A DNA stretch of 64,000 nucleotides from Flavobacteriales bacterium (GTDB lineage: Bacteria; Bacteroidota; Bacteroidia; Flavobacteriales_F; PHOS-HE28). The stretch's first letter is position 1, and every line of letters begins with the position of its first letter. Location: the NCBI GenBank assembly GCA_046329115.1, contig JAXLVG010000010.1:84482-148481 (forward strand), given 5' to 3'. This document shows, piece by piece, positions 1-9,031 of the stretch. The translations under genes were made by a program, and so were the position numbers. The notes beneath the pieces were generated by a model, which searched no databases, was not told the origin of the DNA, and saw only the letters and a program-made list of their open reading frames with translations.

Positions 1-72
1 CACGGGGCCTTGGAAGCGCGCGGCCATGCGTGCGGTAAGGTCGCGCCAGCGTTTTTCGAAGACCAGGTCCAT
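1..72 (-). CDS. hypothetical protein, N-terminal fragment only (gene continues beyond the window start)
   Basis: Minus-strand ATG near position 72 opens a GC3-rich frame (MDLVFEKRWRDLTARMAARFQGPV...) that runs to position 1. It is divergent from the cvpA-like gene. No family recognised. Confidence 0.3.
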   Translation of the reverse strand, partial: MDLVFEKRWRDLTARMAARFQGPV

Positions 73-158
73 AGCGGGGCGCGAAGATGGGGCGCGTATC
101 GGCTGCCACCGATCGCCGGGTGTTCGCCACATTCGCCCCGGAACGATCGTTGCCTGCG

Positions 159-695
159 ATGAACTGGTTGGACTGGGTGCTGCTGATCCTGGTGGCGATC
201 GCTGCCGTGCGGGGCTTCATGCGCGGGTTCATCCTGGAGCTGTGCGGCCTCATCGGGCTGGTGCTCGGCATCTGGGGGGCCATCCACCTGAACGACAGGG
301 TGGCGGCCTGGCTGGGCCTTGACGTGGCGAACGAAGCCCTGAGCTTCCTGGTGACCCTCGGGCTCATCGTTGCGCTGGTACACCTGCTGGGGCTCCTGCT
401 CACCAAGGTGCTCGAGGCGGCCCAGTTGGAGCTGCCCAATCGCTTGGGCGGCCTGCTCTTCGGGGCGGTGCGCAAGGCCTTCCTCCTGAGCGTGGTGCTG
501 AACGTGCTGCTCGCCTGGCGGGCCGCGCCGTGGGGGCCGTCCGCAGGCATCCTGGAGGGAAGCGCCCTGTTCCGGCCCCTGCGGGCCTTTGCACCGGCCG
601 TACTTCCCGATCTCGCGGGCTCCAAATGGCTTGCCGGGGCGCTGGAGGAACTGAACGGCCTGGAACAGCGCATCGACGAGCAGCGCGCGGACTGA
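159..695 (+). CDS. CvpA family membrane protein (colicin V production protein-like)
   Basis: ORF 87..695. The internal ATG at 159 (MNWLDWVLLILVAIAAVRGF...) starts a ~178 aa protein with 4 predicted TM helices, typical CvpA N-terminus. The upstream 24 codons are probably not coding. Confidence 0.7.
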   Translation: MNWLDWVLLILVAIAAVRGFMRGFILELCGLIGLVLGIWGAIHLNDRVAAWLGLDVANEALSFLVTLGLIVALVHLLGLLLTKVLEAAQLELPNRLGGLLFGAVRKAFLLSVVLNVLLAWRAAPWGPSAGILEGSALFRPLRAFAPAVLPDLAGSKWLAGALEELNGLEQRIDEQRAD

Positions 696-742
696 CGCTC
701 GTCACCACCGCCGCGCGCGCGGTAAGGGACCTTTGCAGGGCC

Positions 743-2095
743 ATGGATATCGAGCTCGTTCGCAAGTACAACGTCCCCGGACCGCGCTACACCAGCTACC
801 CCACCGTGCCGTACTGGACGCGCACGCCCAGCACGCAGGGTTGGCTGGGCCATGCGAAACGTGCGTTCGACCGGTGCAACGGCAGCGAGGGCATCAGCCT
901 CTACGTGCATCTGCCCTACTGCGAGAGCCTCTGCACCTATTGCGGCTGCAACACGCGCATCACCGTGAACCATGCGGTGGAGGGCCCGTACATCGATAGT
1001 GTGCTGGCCGAATGGCGCATCTACCGGGCAACGTTCGGTGAGGCACCGCGAATCCGTGAACTGCACCTGGGCGGCGGCACGCCGACCTTCTTCGCGCCGG
1101 CACAACTGAAGCGCCTGGTGGAGGGACTGCTTGACGGTTGCACGGTGGCCCGGGATGTGGAAATGGGGTTCGAAGGCCACCCGAACAACACCACGCGCGA
1201 GCACTTGGACACGCTGTACGCTCTGGGCTTCCGGCGCGTGAGCTACGGCATCCAGGACTTCGACGAACGCGTACAGCACATCATCAACCGGGTCCAGCCT
1301 TTCGAACGGGTCGCGCAGGCCTTCGCCGATGCGCGTGCCGCCGGGTTCACGGGCATCAACGCCGATCTGGTGTTCGGGCTTCCCTTCCAGACGCCGGAGA
1401 GCATGGAGCGCACCATCGCGCTCACCAACCGCCTCCGCCCGGACCGGATCGCCTTTTACAGCTACGCGCACGTGCCCTGGATCAAGCCCGGCCAACGGCG
1501 CTTCACCGAGGCCGATCTGCCGGCGGACGCGGAGAAGCGCACCTTGTACGAACTGGGCAAGCGGCGATTCGAGGAAGCCGGATACCTGGAGATCGGCATG
1601 GACCATTTCGCGCTGCCGCACGATGCGCTCTCCATCGCCATGGAGCGCGGCACGCTGCACCGCAACTTCATGGGCTACACGCCCGTGCGCACCGGGCTGA
1701 TGATCGGGCTGGGCGTGTCCGCCATCGGTGATGCGTGGACCTGCTTCGCGCAGAACCTGAAGACGGTGGAGCAATACCAGGATGCGGTGAACAGCGGAAC
1801 GCTGCCCATGCTCCGAGGGCACGTGCTCACGGATGATGACCTGCATGTGCGGCGCGCCATCCTCGACGTGATGTGCCGCTTCAGCACGGACCTCGCGGGC
1901 ATCGGCTGGGATGCGGATGATGTGGAGGCCCACTTCTTCGACCTGGCCGCGGACGGACTGGTGGAACAGGAGGGCACGCGCATCCATGTCACACGGAAGG
2001 GCCGCCCGTTCGTACGCAACGTGTGCATGGCCTTCGACCCCGACCTCGGGCGGGAACGCGATGGCGACCGGCCGCGGTTCAGCATGACCGTGTGA
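743..2095 (+). CDS. hemN: oxygen-independent coproporphyrinogen III oxidase (radical SAM), HemN
   Basis: ORF 530..2095. Conserved start MDIELVRKYNVPGPRYTSYPT at 743. Radical SAM CxxxCxxC motif (LPYCESLCTYCGC). ~450 aa, HemN-length rather than HemW. Confidence 0.9.
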   Translation: MDIELVRKYNVPGPRYTSYPTVPYWTRTPSTQGWLGHAKRAFDRCNGSEGISLYVHLPYCESLCTYCGCNTRITVNHAVEGPYIDSVLAEWRIYRATFGEAPRIRELHLGGGTPTFFAPAQLKRLVEGLLDGCTVARDVEMGFEGHPNNTTREHLDTLYALGFRRVSYGIQDFDERVQHIINRVQPFERVAQAFADARAAGFTGINADLVFGLPFQTPESMERTIALTNRLRPDRIAFYSYAHVPWIKPGQRRFTEADLPADAEKRTLYELGKRRFEEAGYLEIGMDHFALPHDALSIAMERGTLHRNFMGYTPVRTGLMIGLGVSAIGDAWTCFAQNLKTVEQYQDAVNSGTLPMLRGHVLTDDDLHVRRAILDVMCRFSTDLAGIGWDADDVEAHFFDLAADGLVEQEGTRIHVTRKGRPFVRNVCMAFDPDLGRERDGDRPRFSMTV

Positions 2096-2176
2096 GGAAG
2101 GCATTACCCATTATCAAGTAGTTGCTTCCGGCCCGAAGGGCGGTCATCAACCACCGATCGTGGACAGCACCGTACC

Positions 2177-2977
2177 GTGGTGCCCGTCACGCACGACCTG
2201 TTCGGATATCTTGCCCGAACAACCGGTCGCACAATGGACGAACGCGCATGGGACAAGGTGGCGGTCTCCTTCGAGGAGGAGATCTTCAACGTACCGGCCA
2301 ACGATCGCAAGGGCCTGATCATGGCACGCATCGATGCGTTGGCCTCATCAACGGCCACGGCCACCGACCTGGGATGCGGCGTGGGCCGCACGCTGCCGAT
2401 GCTGGCCCCCCGGTTCGGGCATGTGTACGCCGTGGACGTGAGCAGCCTGTGCCTCAACGAGGCCGCGGCCGGCTGCCAGGCATACGACAACATCACCTAC
2501 GTGCACGCCGACCTGACGAAGCCGCGGAGCGGGTATCCAACGGCCGACGTGGTGCTCTGCATCAATACCTGGTTGATGGCATCCCTGGAGGGACGCACGC
2601 GCATGATCGAGCACACGTGCGCAAGCGTGAAGCGCGGCGGCCACCTGCTGCTGGTGGTGCCTTCGCTCAACTCCGTCCTGCTCACCAACTTCCGGAAGCT
2701 CCAATGGAACCTGCGCGACGGCATGAGCGCACGCCGCGCGGAGCGTGAGGCAGCCCTGGACGACACCGGGCTGGCCGGCGGGCTCGTCACCATCGACAAG
2801 GTGCCCACCAAGCACTACCTCGCCGAGGAACTGGAAGCCCTGCTCGACGAACATGGACTGGACACCCTTGCGGTGGAGAAGATCGAATACCCGTGGAGCA
2901 CCGAGTTCCAGGCACCGCCGCGGTGGATGAAGGCGCCCTACCCCTGGGACTGGTTCGTCACAGCCCGTCGCCGCTGA
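2177..2977 (+). CDS. class I SAM-dependent methyltransferase
   Basis: Motif I LGCGVGRTLPMLAP and a Rossmann-fold layout. An alternative ATG lies at 2234 (MDERAWDK). Confidence 0.7.
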   Translation: MVPVTHDLFGYLARTTGRTMDERAWDKVAVSFEEEIFNVPANDRKGLIMARIDALASSTATATDLGCGVGRTLPMLAPRFGHVYAVDVSSLCLNEAAAGCQAYDNITYVHADLTKPRSGYPTADVVLCINTWLMASLEGRTRMIEHTCASVKRGGHLLLVVPSLNSVLLTNFRKLQWNLRDGMSARRAEREAALDDTGLAGGLVTIDKVPTKHYLAEELEALLDEHGLDTLAVEKIEYPWSTEFQAPPRWMKAPYPWDWFVTARRR

Positions 2978-2984
2978 TCCACCG

Positions 2985-3395
2985 ATGAAGACCGACAAAC
3001 GTTCCATCACCGCTACGCTCGACGGCGAGCCCTACGCCACGCGGCTGAGCACACGGGGCATCAGCATCCTGGCCGACGAACCCGCGGAACATGGAGGCAA
3101 GGACCTCGGACCTCGGCCGCACGAACTGCTGCTGGGGGCATTGGCCTCCTGCACCGCCATCACCCTGCGCATGTACGCGGACCGGAAGCAATGGAACGTG
3201 GGCCCCATTGAAGTGACCGCCGTGATGGACCGGTCCCAGGAAGGGAACAAGGTGGATACCCGCATCCGCCTGGAGGTCGCCTTGCGACCCGACCTGCCGG
3301 AGGACCAGCGGGCGCGTCTGCTGCAGATCGCGGCCATGTGCCCGGTGCACCGCACGTTGGAGAACCCGGTGCACATGGAGATCGTGGCCGCCTGA
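2985..3395 (+). CDS. OsmC/Ohr family peroxiredoxin-like protein
   Basis: 136 aa. Conserved OsmC Cys pair (ASCTAITL ... AAMCPVHRTL). Confidence 0.8.
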   Translation: MKTDKRSITATLDGEPYATRLSTRGISILADEPAEHGGKDLGPRPHELLLGALASCTAITLRMYADRKQWNVGPIEVTAVMDRSQEGNKVDTRIRLEVALRPDLPEDQRARLLQIAAMCPVHRTLENPVHMEIVAA

Positions 3396-3896
3396 TCAGG
3401 TCGCGAGCTTGGCGTAGACATCCAGGCTGATCCACCGGCCGTCCTTGCGCTCGCATTCGCGTAACGTGCCCTCGTGCCGGAACCCGTGCTTCAGCAGCAC
3501 CCGGGCGCTGGCGGTGTTCTCCGGCTCCACCTCGGCCGTCACGCGATGCAGCCCCAGGGTGTGGAAGGCATGGTCCAGCACGCGGCCGAGCGCCTCGTTG
3601 ACGATGCCCTTGCCCCAATGCTCCGGCAGCAGCCAGTAGCCCAGTTCGCAACGCTTGTGCACCGGGTGGATGTTGTTGATGCCGATGGCGCCCAGGAACT
3701 CCCCGTCCGCCGCAGACCGGATCGCCCACCACTTGCCCGTGCCATCGCGCTCTATGGTGGCGTACCAGTCCATCTGCTCCTGCGTGGCCTCCAGCGTCAT
3801 GAAACGCACGGCGTAGTAGCGGATCACCTCCGGGTGCGACAGGCCGCGGTGGATGTGCGTGATGTCCGCGGGGGTGATGGGGAGGAGGTCGATCAT
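3396..3896 (-). CDS. GNAT family N-acetyltransferase (RimJ/RimL-like)
   Basis: 167 aa with a GNAT fold (GYWLLPEHWGKGIVNEAL). The track ORF begins with GTG at 3899 followed directly by ATG at 3896. Its 5' end is duplicated downstream (see repeat at 4674..4729). Confidence 0.8.
   Translation of the reverse strand: MIDLLPITPADITHIHRGLSHPEVIRYYAVRFMTLEATQEQMDWYATIERDGTGKWWAIRSAADGEFLGAIGINNIHPVHKRCELGYWLLPEHWGKGIVNEALGRVLDHAFHTLGLHRVTAEVEPENTASARVLLKHGFRHEGTLRECERKDGRWISLDVYAKLAT
3823..3878. repeat. direct repeat copy A (inside the 5' end of the GNAT gene)
   Basis: atcacctccgggtgcgacaggccgcggtggatgtgcgtgatgtccgcgggggtgat matches 4674..4729 with 3 mismatches in 56 bp. Confidence 0.85.
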
Positions 3897-3902
3897 CACT
3901 GA

Positions 3903-4343
3903 TCATCGAAGAAGCTGAACGGGCACATCTCCGAACTGCTTGAACGCCTTGTCGTTGGTCACCAACACGTAGCCACCCGTTCGAGCGAAAGCGGCCAGAT
4001 AGGCATCCATCCAAAGCTTGGGCGACGCGGTGCTGGTCGCAGCGAGCTCCATCCAGACGGAATGAAGACCTACGGGCTCATCTGCGAACACGATGCGCGG
4101 ATCGTCCAGCATCCCTTGCATGGCCTTGATGGCCCCCTTGTTGGTGAGCGGGCTCAAACCGAGCGGGCTGGTAAGGGCAGCCGTGGTCAGCAGTCGCAGG
4201 GTGCTCTGCTGGGTGTATCGGCAGAAGTGAACGGAGCCGGTCCGCGCACCTTCGAACCAGTGCATGGCCTGCGGATGCAGCGGATGTGCCTCCAGGCTCA
4301 ATGCGAGCCAGACGTTGACATCGGGAAGGGTGGGCTTGCTCAT
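3903..4343 (-). CDS. vapC: type II toxin-antitoxin system VapC family toxin (PIN domain ribonuclease)
   Basis: 146 aa PIN domain: N-terminal acidic residue (LPDVNVWLAL) and C-terminal TNDKAF motif. It overlaps the upstream antitoxin gene by 4 bp (ATGA). Confidence 0.75.
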   Translation of the reverse strand: MSKPTLPDVNVWLALSLEAHPLHPQAMHWFEGARTGSVHFCRYTQQSTLRLLTTAALTSPLGLSPLTNKGAIKAMQGMLDDPRIVFADEPVGLHSVWMELAATSTASPKLWMDAYLAAFARTGGYVLVTNDKAFKQFGDVPVQLLR

Positions 4344-4588
4344 CGCATTCCGCCCCAGAGCAGTTCGTCCACCCGGTCCGGGGAAAAGTCCTCCGCATTT
4401 TTCGACTTGCCGCCCTTGATCACCGGAAAGGGGCTCCCCCGGGGCTTGCGCTTCCTGGGGCGCTCCTCCTCGGCCAGCAGGCGGCGACAGGCCTCCGCGA
4501 TCAGGTCCTTCAGCTTGGCCCCGTCCTGCGCGGCCTTCATCTTCAACCGGGTCACCAGGTCGGGCGGGAGCTCAAAGGTCATTTTCAT
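4340..4588 (-). CDS. vapB: type II antitoxin, VapB-like (small DNA-binding protein preceding VapC)
   Basis: ORF 4340..4657. Probable start MKMTFELPPDLVTRLKMKAAQDGAKLKDLIAEA at 4588 (82 aa). Placed immediately upstream of the PIN toxin with a 4-bp overlap, the classic vapBC operon layout. Confidence 0.6.
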   Translation of the reverse strand: MKMTFELPPDLVTRLKMKAAQDGAKLKDLIAEACRRLLAEEERPRKRKPRGSPFPVIKGGKSKNAEDFSPDRVDELLWGGMR

Positions 4589-4673
4589 GACCCGAAGGTA
4601 AGGCCTTTGAGGACGGCCAGCAAGCTGGGAAGCTGGTAAACCAGCTTCGCGGGACACCGTTCAGGCCAGGCTC

Positions 4674-4729
4674 ATCACCTCCCGGTGCGACAGGCCGAGG
4701 TGGATGTGCGTGATGTCCGCGGGGGTTAT
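4674..4729. repeat. direct repeat copy B (orphan duplicate of the GNAT 5' coding end)
   Basis: atcacctcccggtgcgacaggccgaggtggatgtgcgtgatgtccgcgggggttat. On the minus strand it translates to ...TPADITHIHLGLSHREVMS, mirroring GNAT residues 8-27. The two copies bracket the vapBC cassette. Confidence 0.85.
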
Positions 4730-4755
4730 TGAGCAAAGTTGGAGCCGAGAAGTTC

Positions 4756-5109
4756 TCACCGCCTCGCAAGTTCGCTCCGCAGGAAGGCCACTTCGCCCTC
4801 CAGGTGCTTGATGCGCTCCTCGTATTGCGCCATCAGCTTCTCCGGGATCTGGTTGTAGATCGTGTTCGCTTTACCCGACTGCGTGCAGTTGTGGAAGACC
4901 AGGTTGTCGTCGAAGGAGACGAGGTCCATGGGATCCATCTCGAAGACCTGCGAGATCTGGTTGATCCGTTCCCAGTCCAGTTTGGTCTCGTCCCGCTCGA
5001 GCTTGCTGTAGCCCCGCTGGCTCAGGCCGAGTGCATGGGCCATGTACTCCTGCGAGAAGCCCTTCAACTCGCGCACCATGCGGATCTTCTGGCCAAGCTT
5101 CTTCTCCAT
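4756..5109 (-). CDS. XRE family helix-turn-helix transcriptional regulator
   Basis: ORF 4756..5319. Likely start MEKKLGQKIRMVRELKGFSQEYMAHALGLSQRGYSKLERDE (HTH_XRE) at 5109; an alternative ATG lies at 5136. The C-terminal half is coiled-coil. Confidence 0.7.
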   Translation of the reverse strand: MEKKLGQKIRMVRELKGFSQEYMAHALGLSQRGYSKLERDETKLDWERINQISQVFEMDPMDLVSFDDNLVFHNCTQSGKANTIYNQIPEKLMAQYEERIKHLEGEVAFLRSELARR

Positions 5110-5164
5110 GCGTCGTCCGGATTTAGAACCAAACATAAGGCGAATAGAACGAATCGGGTGAGCG

Positions 5165-5195
5165 GCGAACAAGCGCACTGTTGAGCTTTGTTCGC
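5165..5195. promoter_or_regulatory. inverted repeat GCGAACAA-N15-TTGTTCGC between the divergent XRE regulator and LamG/T9SS genes (candidate operator)
   Basis: Perfect 8-bp arms at 5165-5172 and 5188-5195, ~20 bp upstream of the ATG at 5214. Confidence 0.45.
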
Positions 5196-5213
5196 ACCGA
5201 ACCGACCACGACG

Positions 5214-6455
5214 ATGAAACAGATTCTATCCGCACTTCTTGTAGTCGCAAGCACCTCCTGCGCGATCGGCCAGGTGCCGAGCTATGTGCCCACCAACGGA
5301 CTTGTTGGTTGGTGGCCATTCAATGGGAATGCAAATGACGAAAGCGGGAACGCCAATCACGGCACGCCTTATGGCCCAATACTCACTACAGATCGCAATA
5401 ACGTAGCGGACAACGCCTATGCGTTCAACCGCAGCGCGGTCCAAACCATCGACGTGTCGCAATCACCCACGCTGAATGGGTGTCCGGCTCTGACCATCTC
5501 CTTATGGACAATCCTGAACAGCTACGCAGCAAACGGCCAGGCCGGGTACAATCACTTCGTGAACAAGAGCCCCGGGGGATCAGACTACCAATACGCCCTA
5601 GCCAATAATACCACCGGCCTATACTTCTACTACGGCAGTGGTGGCGCCTACTTCCAGACAAGCACGCTGCCCTCGCTGAACGCATGGCACCATCTGGCGC
5701 TCACCTATACCTACGATGGTACACCGACCAATTCCTGGTGCCGGTTCTATGTGGACGGTGCTTGCACGGACAGTTTCCCCACCACCACCGTCCTTCAGCC
5801 TACGACGCATCCGTTGCGCTTCGGGTCCTTTCCAGGGGGCACGTACAACACGGTGGATGGTAAGGTGGATGACCTAGGGATCTGGAACCGTATGTTGACT
5901 GCGAACGAAGTAAGTGGGCTCTTCTCAGAGACTCCAGTGTCGCCCTGCATTAGTAGCACCCCCGTCAGCTTCATCGGGTTGAACACCTCGTACACCATTA
6001 ATGACGGCCCGTCCACCTTGGTCGGAACGCCTTCCGGCGGTGTGTTCATCGGCCTGGGAGTGAGCGGCAATAGCTTCGACCCTGCGGTGGCCGGTATCGG
6101 CATCCACAGCATCACGTACACCTACCTCGATGGCACCAATTGTGTGAACACCGCAGGCTTCTGCACCGAGGTGGCCCAGAACGTGGGAATGGGTGGCGCA
6201 GCTATGATCGCAGGCAGGGTGCATGTGTTCCCCAACCCGAACCGTGGCGTGTTCACGGTGGAGTTGGAACTTGATGGGTTGGTGTCCATGCGGGTGACCG
6301 ATGCAGTTGGGCGTCTCATGCACAGCGAGGTCTTCCATGCTAGTGGTGGGCGCACTGCGCGGACACTTGACCTTTCGATGTTAGCCAAGGGCCATTACAC
6401 CCTTCAAGTTCATAATGCCGGAGGTGTGATTGAACAGGGGATTGTCTTGGAGTAG
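5214..6455 (+). CDS. secreted LamG/concanavalin-A-like lectin domain protein with T9SS C-terminal sorting domain
   Basis: ORF 5181..6455. Signal peptide MKQILSALLVVASTSCAIGQ from the ATG at 5214. C-terminal ~80 aa (VFPNPNRGVFTVELELDG...LAKGHYTLQVHNAGG) matches the Por/T9SS type A CTD. The gene has visibly lower GC than its surroundings. Confidence 0.75.
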   Translation: MKQILSALLVVASTSCAIGQVPSYVPTNGLVGWWPFNGNANDESGNANHGTPYGPILTTDRNNVADNAYAFNRSAVQTIDVSQSPTLNGCPALTISLWTILNSYAANGQAGYNHFVNKSPGGSDYQYALANNTTGLYFYYGSGGAYFQTSTLPSLNAWHHLALTYTYDGTPTNSWCRFYVDGACTDSFPTTTVLQPTTHPLRFGSFPGGTYNTVDGKVDDLGIWNRMLTANEVSGLFSETPVSPCISSTPVSFIGLNTSYTINDGPSTLVGTPSGGVFIGLGVSGNSFDPAVAGIGIHSITYTYLDGTNCVNTAGFCTEVAQNVGMGGAAMIAGRVHVFPNPNRGVFTVELELDGLVSMRVTDAVGRLMHSEVFHASGGRTARTLDLSMLAKGHYTLQVHNAGGVIEQGIVLE

Positions 6456-6505
6456 ACCCGCAAGCGACCAAGGCGAGCGGGAGGTAGCGCATCGTTCAAC
6501 CGGGA

Positions 6506-7696
6506 TCAACCCTGCACCGCCGCGATCCCCGGCAGCACCTTGCCTTCGAGGTACTCGAGCATGGCGCCGCCGCCGGTGCTCACGTAGCTGATCTTGTCGG
6601 CCAGGCCGAACTGGTTCACCGCAGCCACGCTGTCGCCGCCGCCCACCAGAGAGAACGCCCCTTTGCTTGTAGCCTCGGCCACGGCCTGTGCGATGGCGAT
6701 GGTGCCCTGCTGGAAGGGCTTCATCTCGAACACGCCCATGGGGCCGTTCCACAGCAGCGTCTTGCTGCGGAGGATGGCGGCGCGGCAGGCCTCGATGCTC
6801 TTGGGGCCGATGTCCAGGGCCATCCAGCCGTCGGGCACGGCGTTGGCCGCGCACTGGTCGGTGTTCGCGGTCTCGGCGAAGGCGTCGGCCACCACGGCGT
6901 CGGTGGGGATGTGCAGTTTCACGCCCTTCGCCTCTGCCTCCTTGATGATGCCGCGCGCGGTGTCGAGCAGGTCGTCCTCCACGAGGCTGGCGCCGGTGCG
7001 GCCGCCCATGGCCTTCACGAAGGTGTTGGCCATGCCGCCGCCGATGATCAGCTCATCGCATTTGCCGATGAGGTTCTGCAGGACCTCGATCTTGCTGCTC
7101 ACCTTGCTACCGCCCACGATCGCCGTCATGGGGCGCTGGGGGTTCCCGAGCACCTTGCCCACACTGTCGATCTCGGCCTGCATCAGGTAGCCGAAGAGCT
7201 TGTCCTTGGGGAAGAACTTCGCCACGATGGTGGTGCTGGCATGGGCGCGGTGGGCCGTGCCGAAAGCGTCGTTCACGTAAACGTCGCCAAGCTCGCTGAG
7301 CGCCTTGCTGAAGGCTTCGTCGCCGCCCTCCTCCTCGGGGTGGAAGCGCAGGTTCTCCAGCACCAGCACCTCGCCGGGCTTCAGGGCCGCGGCCTTGGCC
7401 TTGGCGTCAGGGCCGACACAATCCGTTGCGAAGGTGACCACCTTGCCCAGCAGACCGGCCAGGTGTTCGGCGACCGGTCGCAGGCTCATGCCCGGGTTCA
7501 CCTTGCCCTTCGGGCGGCCGAGGTGGCTCATCAGCACGGCGCAGCCGCCATCCCCCAGGATCTTGTTCAAGGTGGGCAGGATGGCCCGTGCCCGGGTATC
7601 GTCGGTCACCTTGCCGCTGGCATCCTGCGGCACGTTCAAGTCCACGCGTACCAAGGCCTTGCGCCCCTTGAAGTCGAAAGCGTTCATGTTCAACAT
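6506..7696 (-). CDS. pgk: phosphoglycerate kinase
   Basis: C-terminal 396 aa of track ORF 6506..9958. [23 protein letters not shown]...GGGDSVAAV...[10 protein letters not shown] are classic Pgk motifs. Start at ATG 7696, or 7687 (MNAFDF). The upstream 750 codons of the ORF are a high-GC artefact. Confidence 0.92.
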   Translation of the reverse strand: MLNMNAFDFKGRKALVRVDLNVPQDASGKVTDDTRARAILPTLNKILGDGGCAVLMSHLGRPKGKVNPGMSLRPVAEHLAGLLGKVVTFATDCVGPDAKAKAAALKPGEVLVLENLRFHPEEEGGDEAFSKALSELGDVYVNDAFGTAHRAHASTTIVAKFFPKDKLFGYLMQAEIDSVGKVLGNPQRPMTAIVGGSKVSSKIEVLQNLIGKCDELIIGGGMANTFVKAMGGRTGASLVEDDLLDTARGIIKEAEAKGVKLHIPTDAVVADAFAETANTDQCAANAVPDGWMALDIGPKSIEACRAAILRSKTLLWNGPMGVFEMKPFQQGTIAIAQAVAEATSKGAFSLVGGGDSVAAVNQFGLADKISYVSTGGGAMLEYLEGKVLPGIAAVQG

Positions 7697-7708
7697 GGCG
7701 GCGAAAGT

Positions 7709-7815
7709 ATCATGTGCCCATGTGTCCATGTGGGCCGCGCACGAGCGAACGCACCATGTGCCCATAGAAGCATGCCCGGATGGGCACATGCGCACATGGA
7801 GACATGGGCACATGT
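7709..7815. promoter_or_regulatory. array of CATGTGCCCATG / CATGGGCACATG palindromic motifs in the divergent pgk-holB intergenic region
   Basis: ATGTGCCCAT at 7712 and 7756; its reverse complement ATGGGCACAT at 7780 and 7804; related half-sites (catgtggg, gcacatgg, catgcccgg) in between. 7756..7789 is itself a near-perfect inverted repeat with a 14-bp spacer. Confidence 0.5.
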
Positions 7816-8953
7816 TCAGTTCCTTTGCCCCGTGCTTTTCTCCTCGGTCATCGGACATGCGGCCCTGAAGGCCAAGCTCATCGGCAATGTGCGCGAAGGC
7901 CGGATACCGCACGCACAGTTCTTCCTGGGTCCGCGCGGTAGCGGGGCCCTGCCCCTGGCGCTGGCCTACGCCCAATACCTGCTGTGCACGGACAAGGGTC
8001 CGGCGGACAGTTGCGGCCAATGCCCCAGCTGCCAGATGCTGGCCAAGCTGGCGCACCCAGACCTGCACCTGGCCTACCCCATCTTCCTGAGCGAGAAGCA
8101 GAAGACCTGCGATGGCGTGATCGCCGAATGGCGCGAGGCGGTGCGGAAGGAGCCCTACCTGGACGACGAGCGGTGGCGGGCCCAGTTGGAGGGCGAGAAC
8201 AAGCAGCTCCGCATGGGGGTGGACATCGCCGCGGAGATCCAGCGCAAGCTGAGCCTGAAGGCGTTCCAGGGCGGTTGGAAGGTGATGCTGATCTGGCTGC
8301 CGGAGTTGATGGACGCAGCGGCGGCGAACAAGCTCTTGAAGGTGCTGGAGGAGCCGGAGCCGATGACCGCCTTCCTGTTGGTAGGGTCCAGCAATGGGCA
8401 GATGCTCCCCACCATCCTGAGCCGCACTCAACTGGTGAAGGTGCCCGCCCTGAACCCCGGGGAAGTGGCCGACGGCCTGCGGACGCGCTACCCCGACCTG
8501 CCCGATGCGGAAGTGCGGGCCATCGCCGGGCGGAGCGAGGGGGACCTGCTGGAGGCCTGCGCAATCGCCGAGAAGGACGAGGAGGAGATGTTCGTGTTCT
8601 TCCGCGACTGGCTGCGGGCCTGCTACGGCAACAAGGTGCCCGATGCCGTGGAGTTCGGCGAGTACTTCGGCAAGCTGGGCCGCGAGCGGCAGAAGTCCTT
8701 CATGCGCTACGCCCTCTACCTGATCCGGCAGTGCATGCTCTTCGGCCAGCAGGTGCCCCAATTGGTGAACGTGCACGGGGAGGAGCTGGTCTTCGTGGAG
8801 AAGTTCAGCAAGCTGCTCAACCCGGGCAACGCCGGGGCCATCCGCCAGGAGCTGGAGACGGCCCACGGCCACCTGGAACGCAACGCCAACCCCAAGGTGC
8901 TCTTCATGGACCTGAGCTACCGGGTGGGGGGGCTGCTGCGGGGCCGGGCGTGA
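7796..8953 (+). CDS. holB: DNA polymerase III subunit delta' (AAA+ clamp-loader subunit)
   Basis: Downstream part of track ORF 6911..8953. [48 protein letters not shown] plus a zinc module CGQCPSCQ and the SRT-like box ILSRTQ. ATG at 7796 (METWAH) lies inside a repeat-motif array, so an in-frame GTG at 7832 (VLFSSVIGH) is an equally plausible start. Confidence 0.8.
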   Translation: METWAHVQFLCPVLFSSVIGHAALKAKLIGNVREGRIPHAQFFLGPRGSGALPLALAYAQYLLCTDKGPADSCGQCPSCQMLAKLAHPDLHLAYPIFLSEKQKTCDGVIAEWREAVRKEPYLDDERWRAQLEGENKQLRMGVDIAAEIQRKLSLKAFQGGWKVMLIWLPELMDAAAANKLLKVLEEPEPMTAFLLVGSSNGQMLPTILSRTQLVKVPALNPGEVADGLRTRYPDLPDAEVRAIAGRSEGDLLEACAIAEKDEEEMFVFFRDWLRACYGNKVPDAVEFGEYFGKLGRERQKSFMRYALYLIRQCMLFGQQVPQLVNVHGEELVFVEKFSKLLNPGNAGAIRQELETAHGHLERNANPKVLFMDLSYRVGGLLRGRA

Positions 8954-9031
8954 ACCCGGAGCGGGGTGCATGCGTTCATCCGGCAGGGCTGCGTACCCTT
9001 GCACCGCTTTTCTTTGCCGACCACTGAGCGC

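Larger units (their letters stand above)
3879..4673. mobile_element. integrase-less vapBC cassette bounded by the 56-bp direct repeats (putative insertion islet)
   Basis: The segment between repeat copies A and B contains only vapC and vapB. The repeat duplicates the 5' end of the host GNAT gene. Confidence 0.35.

Noticed and set aside
530-742. Upstream extension of the hemN ORF (71 extra codons overlapping the cvpA-like 3' end)
   Set aside because: The conserved HemN N-terminus begins at MDIELVRKY (743). The extension overlaps the cvpA-like gene in another frame and is Arg/Gly/Ala-rich.
3160-4014. 284-aa minus-strand ORF spanning OsmC, GNAT and vapC regions in an alternative frame
   Set aside because: Overlaps three well-supported genes on both strands and has a Pro/Arg/Gly-dominated composition. 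It contains the duplicated 56-bp repeat only by coincidence of frame.
6911-8953. 680-aa ORF on the plus strand
   Set aside because: Only the downstream ~385 aa (from 7796 or 7832) form DNA polymerase III delta'. The upstream part is antisense to pgk with no homology and a biased, repetitive composition.
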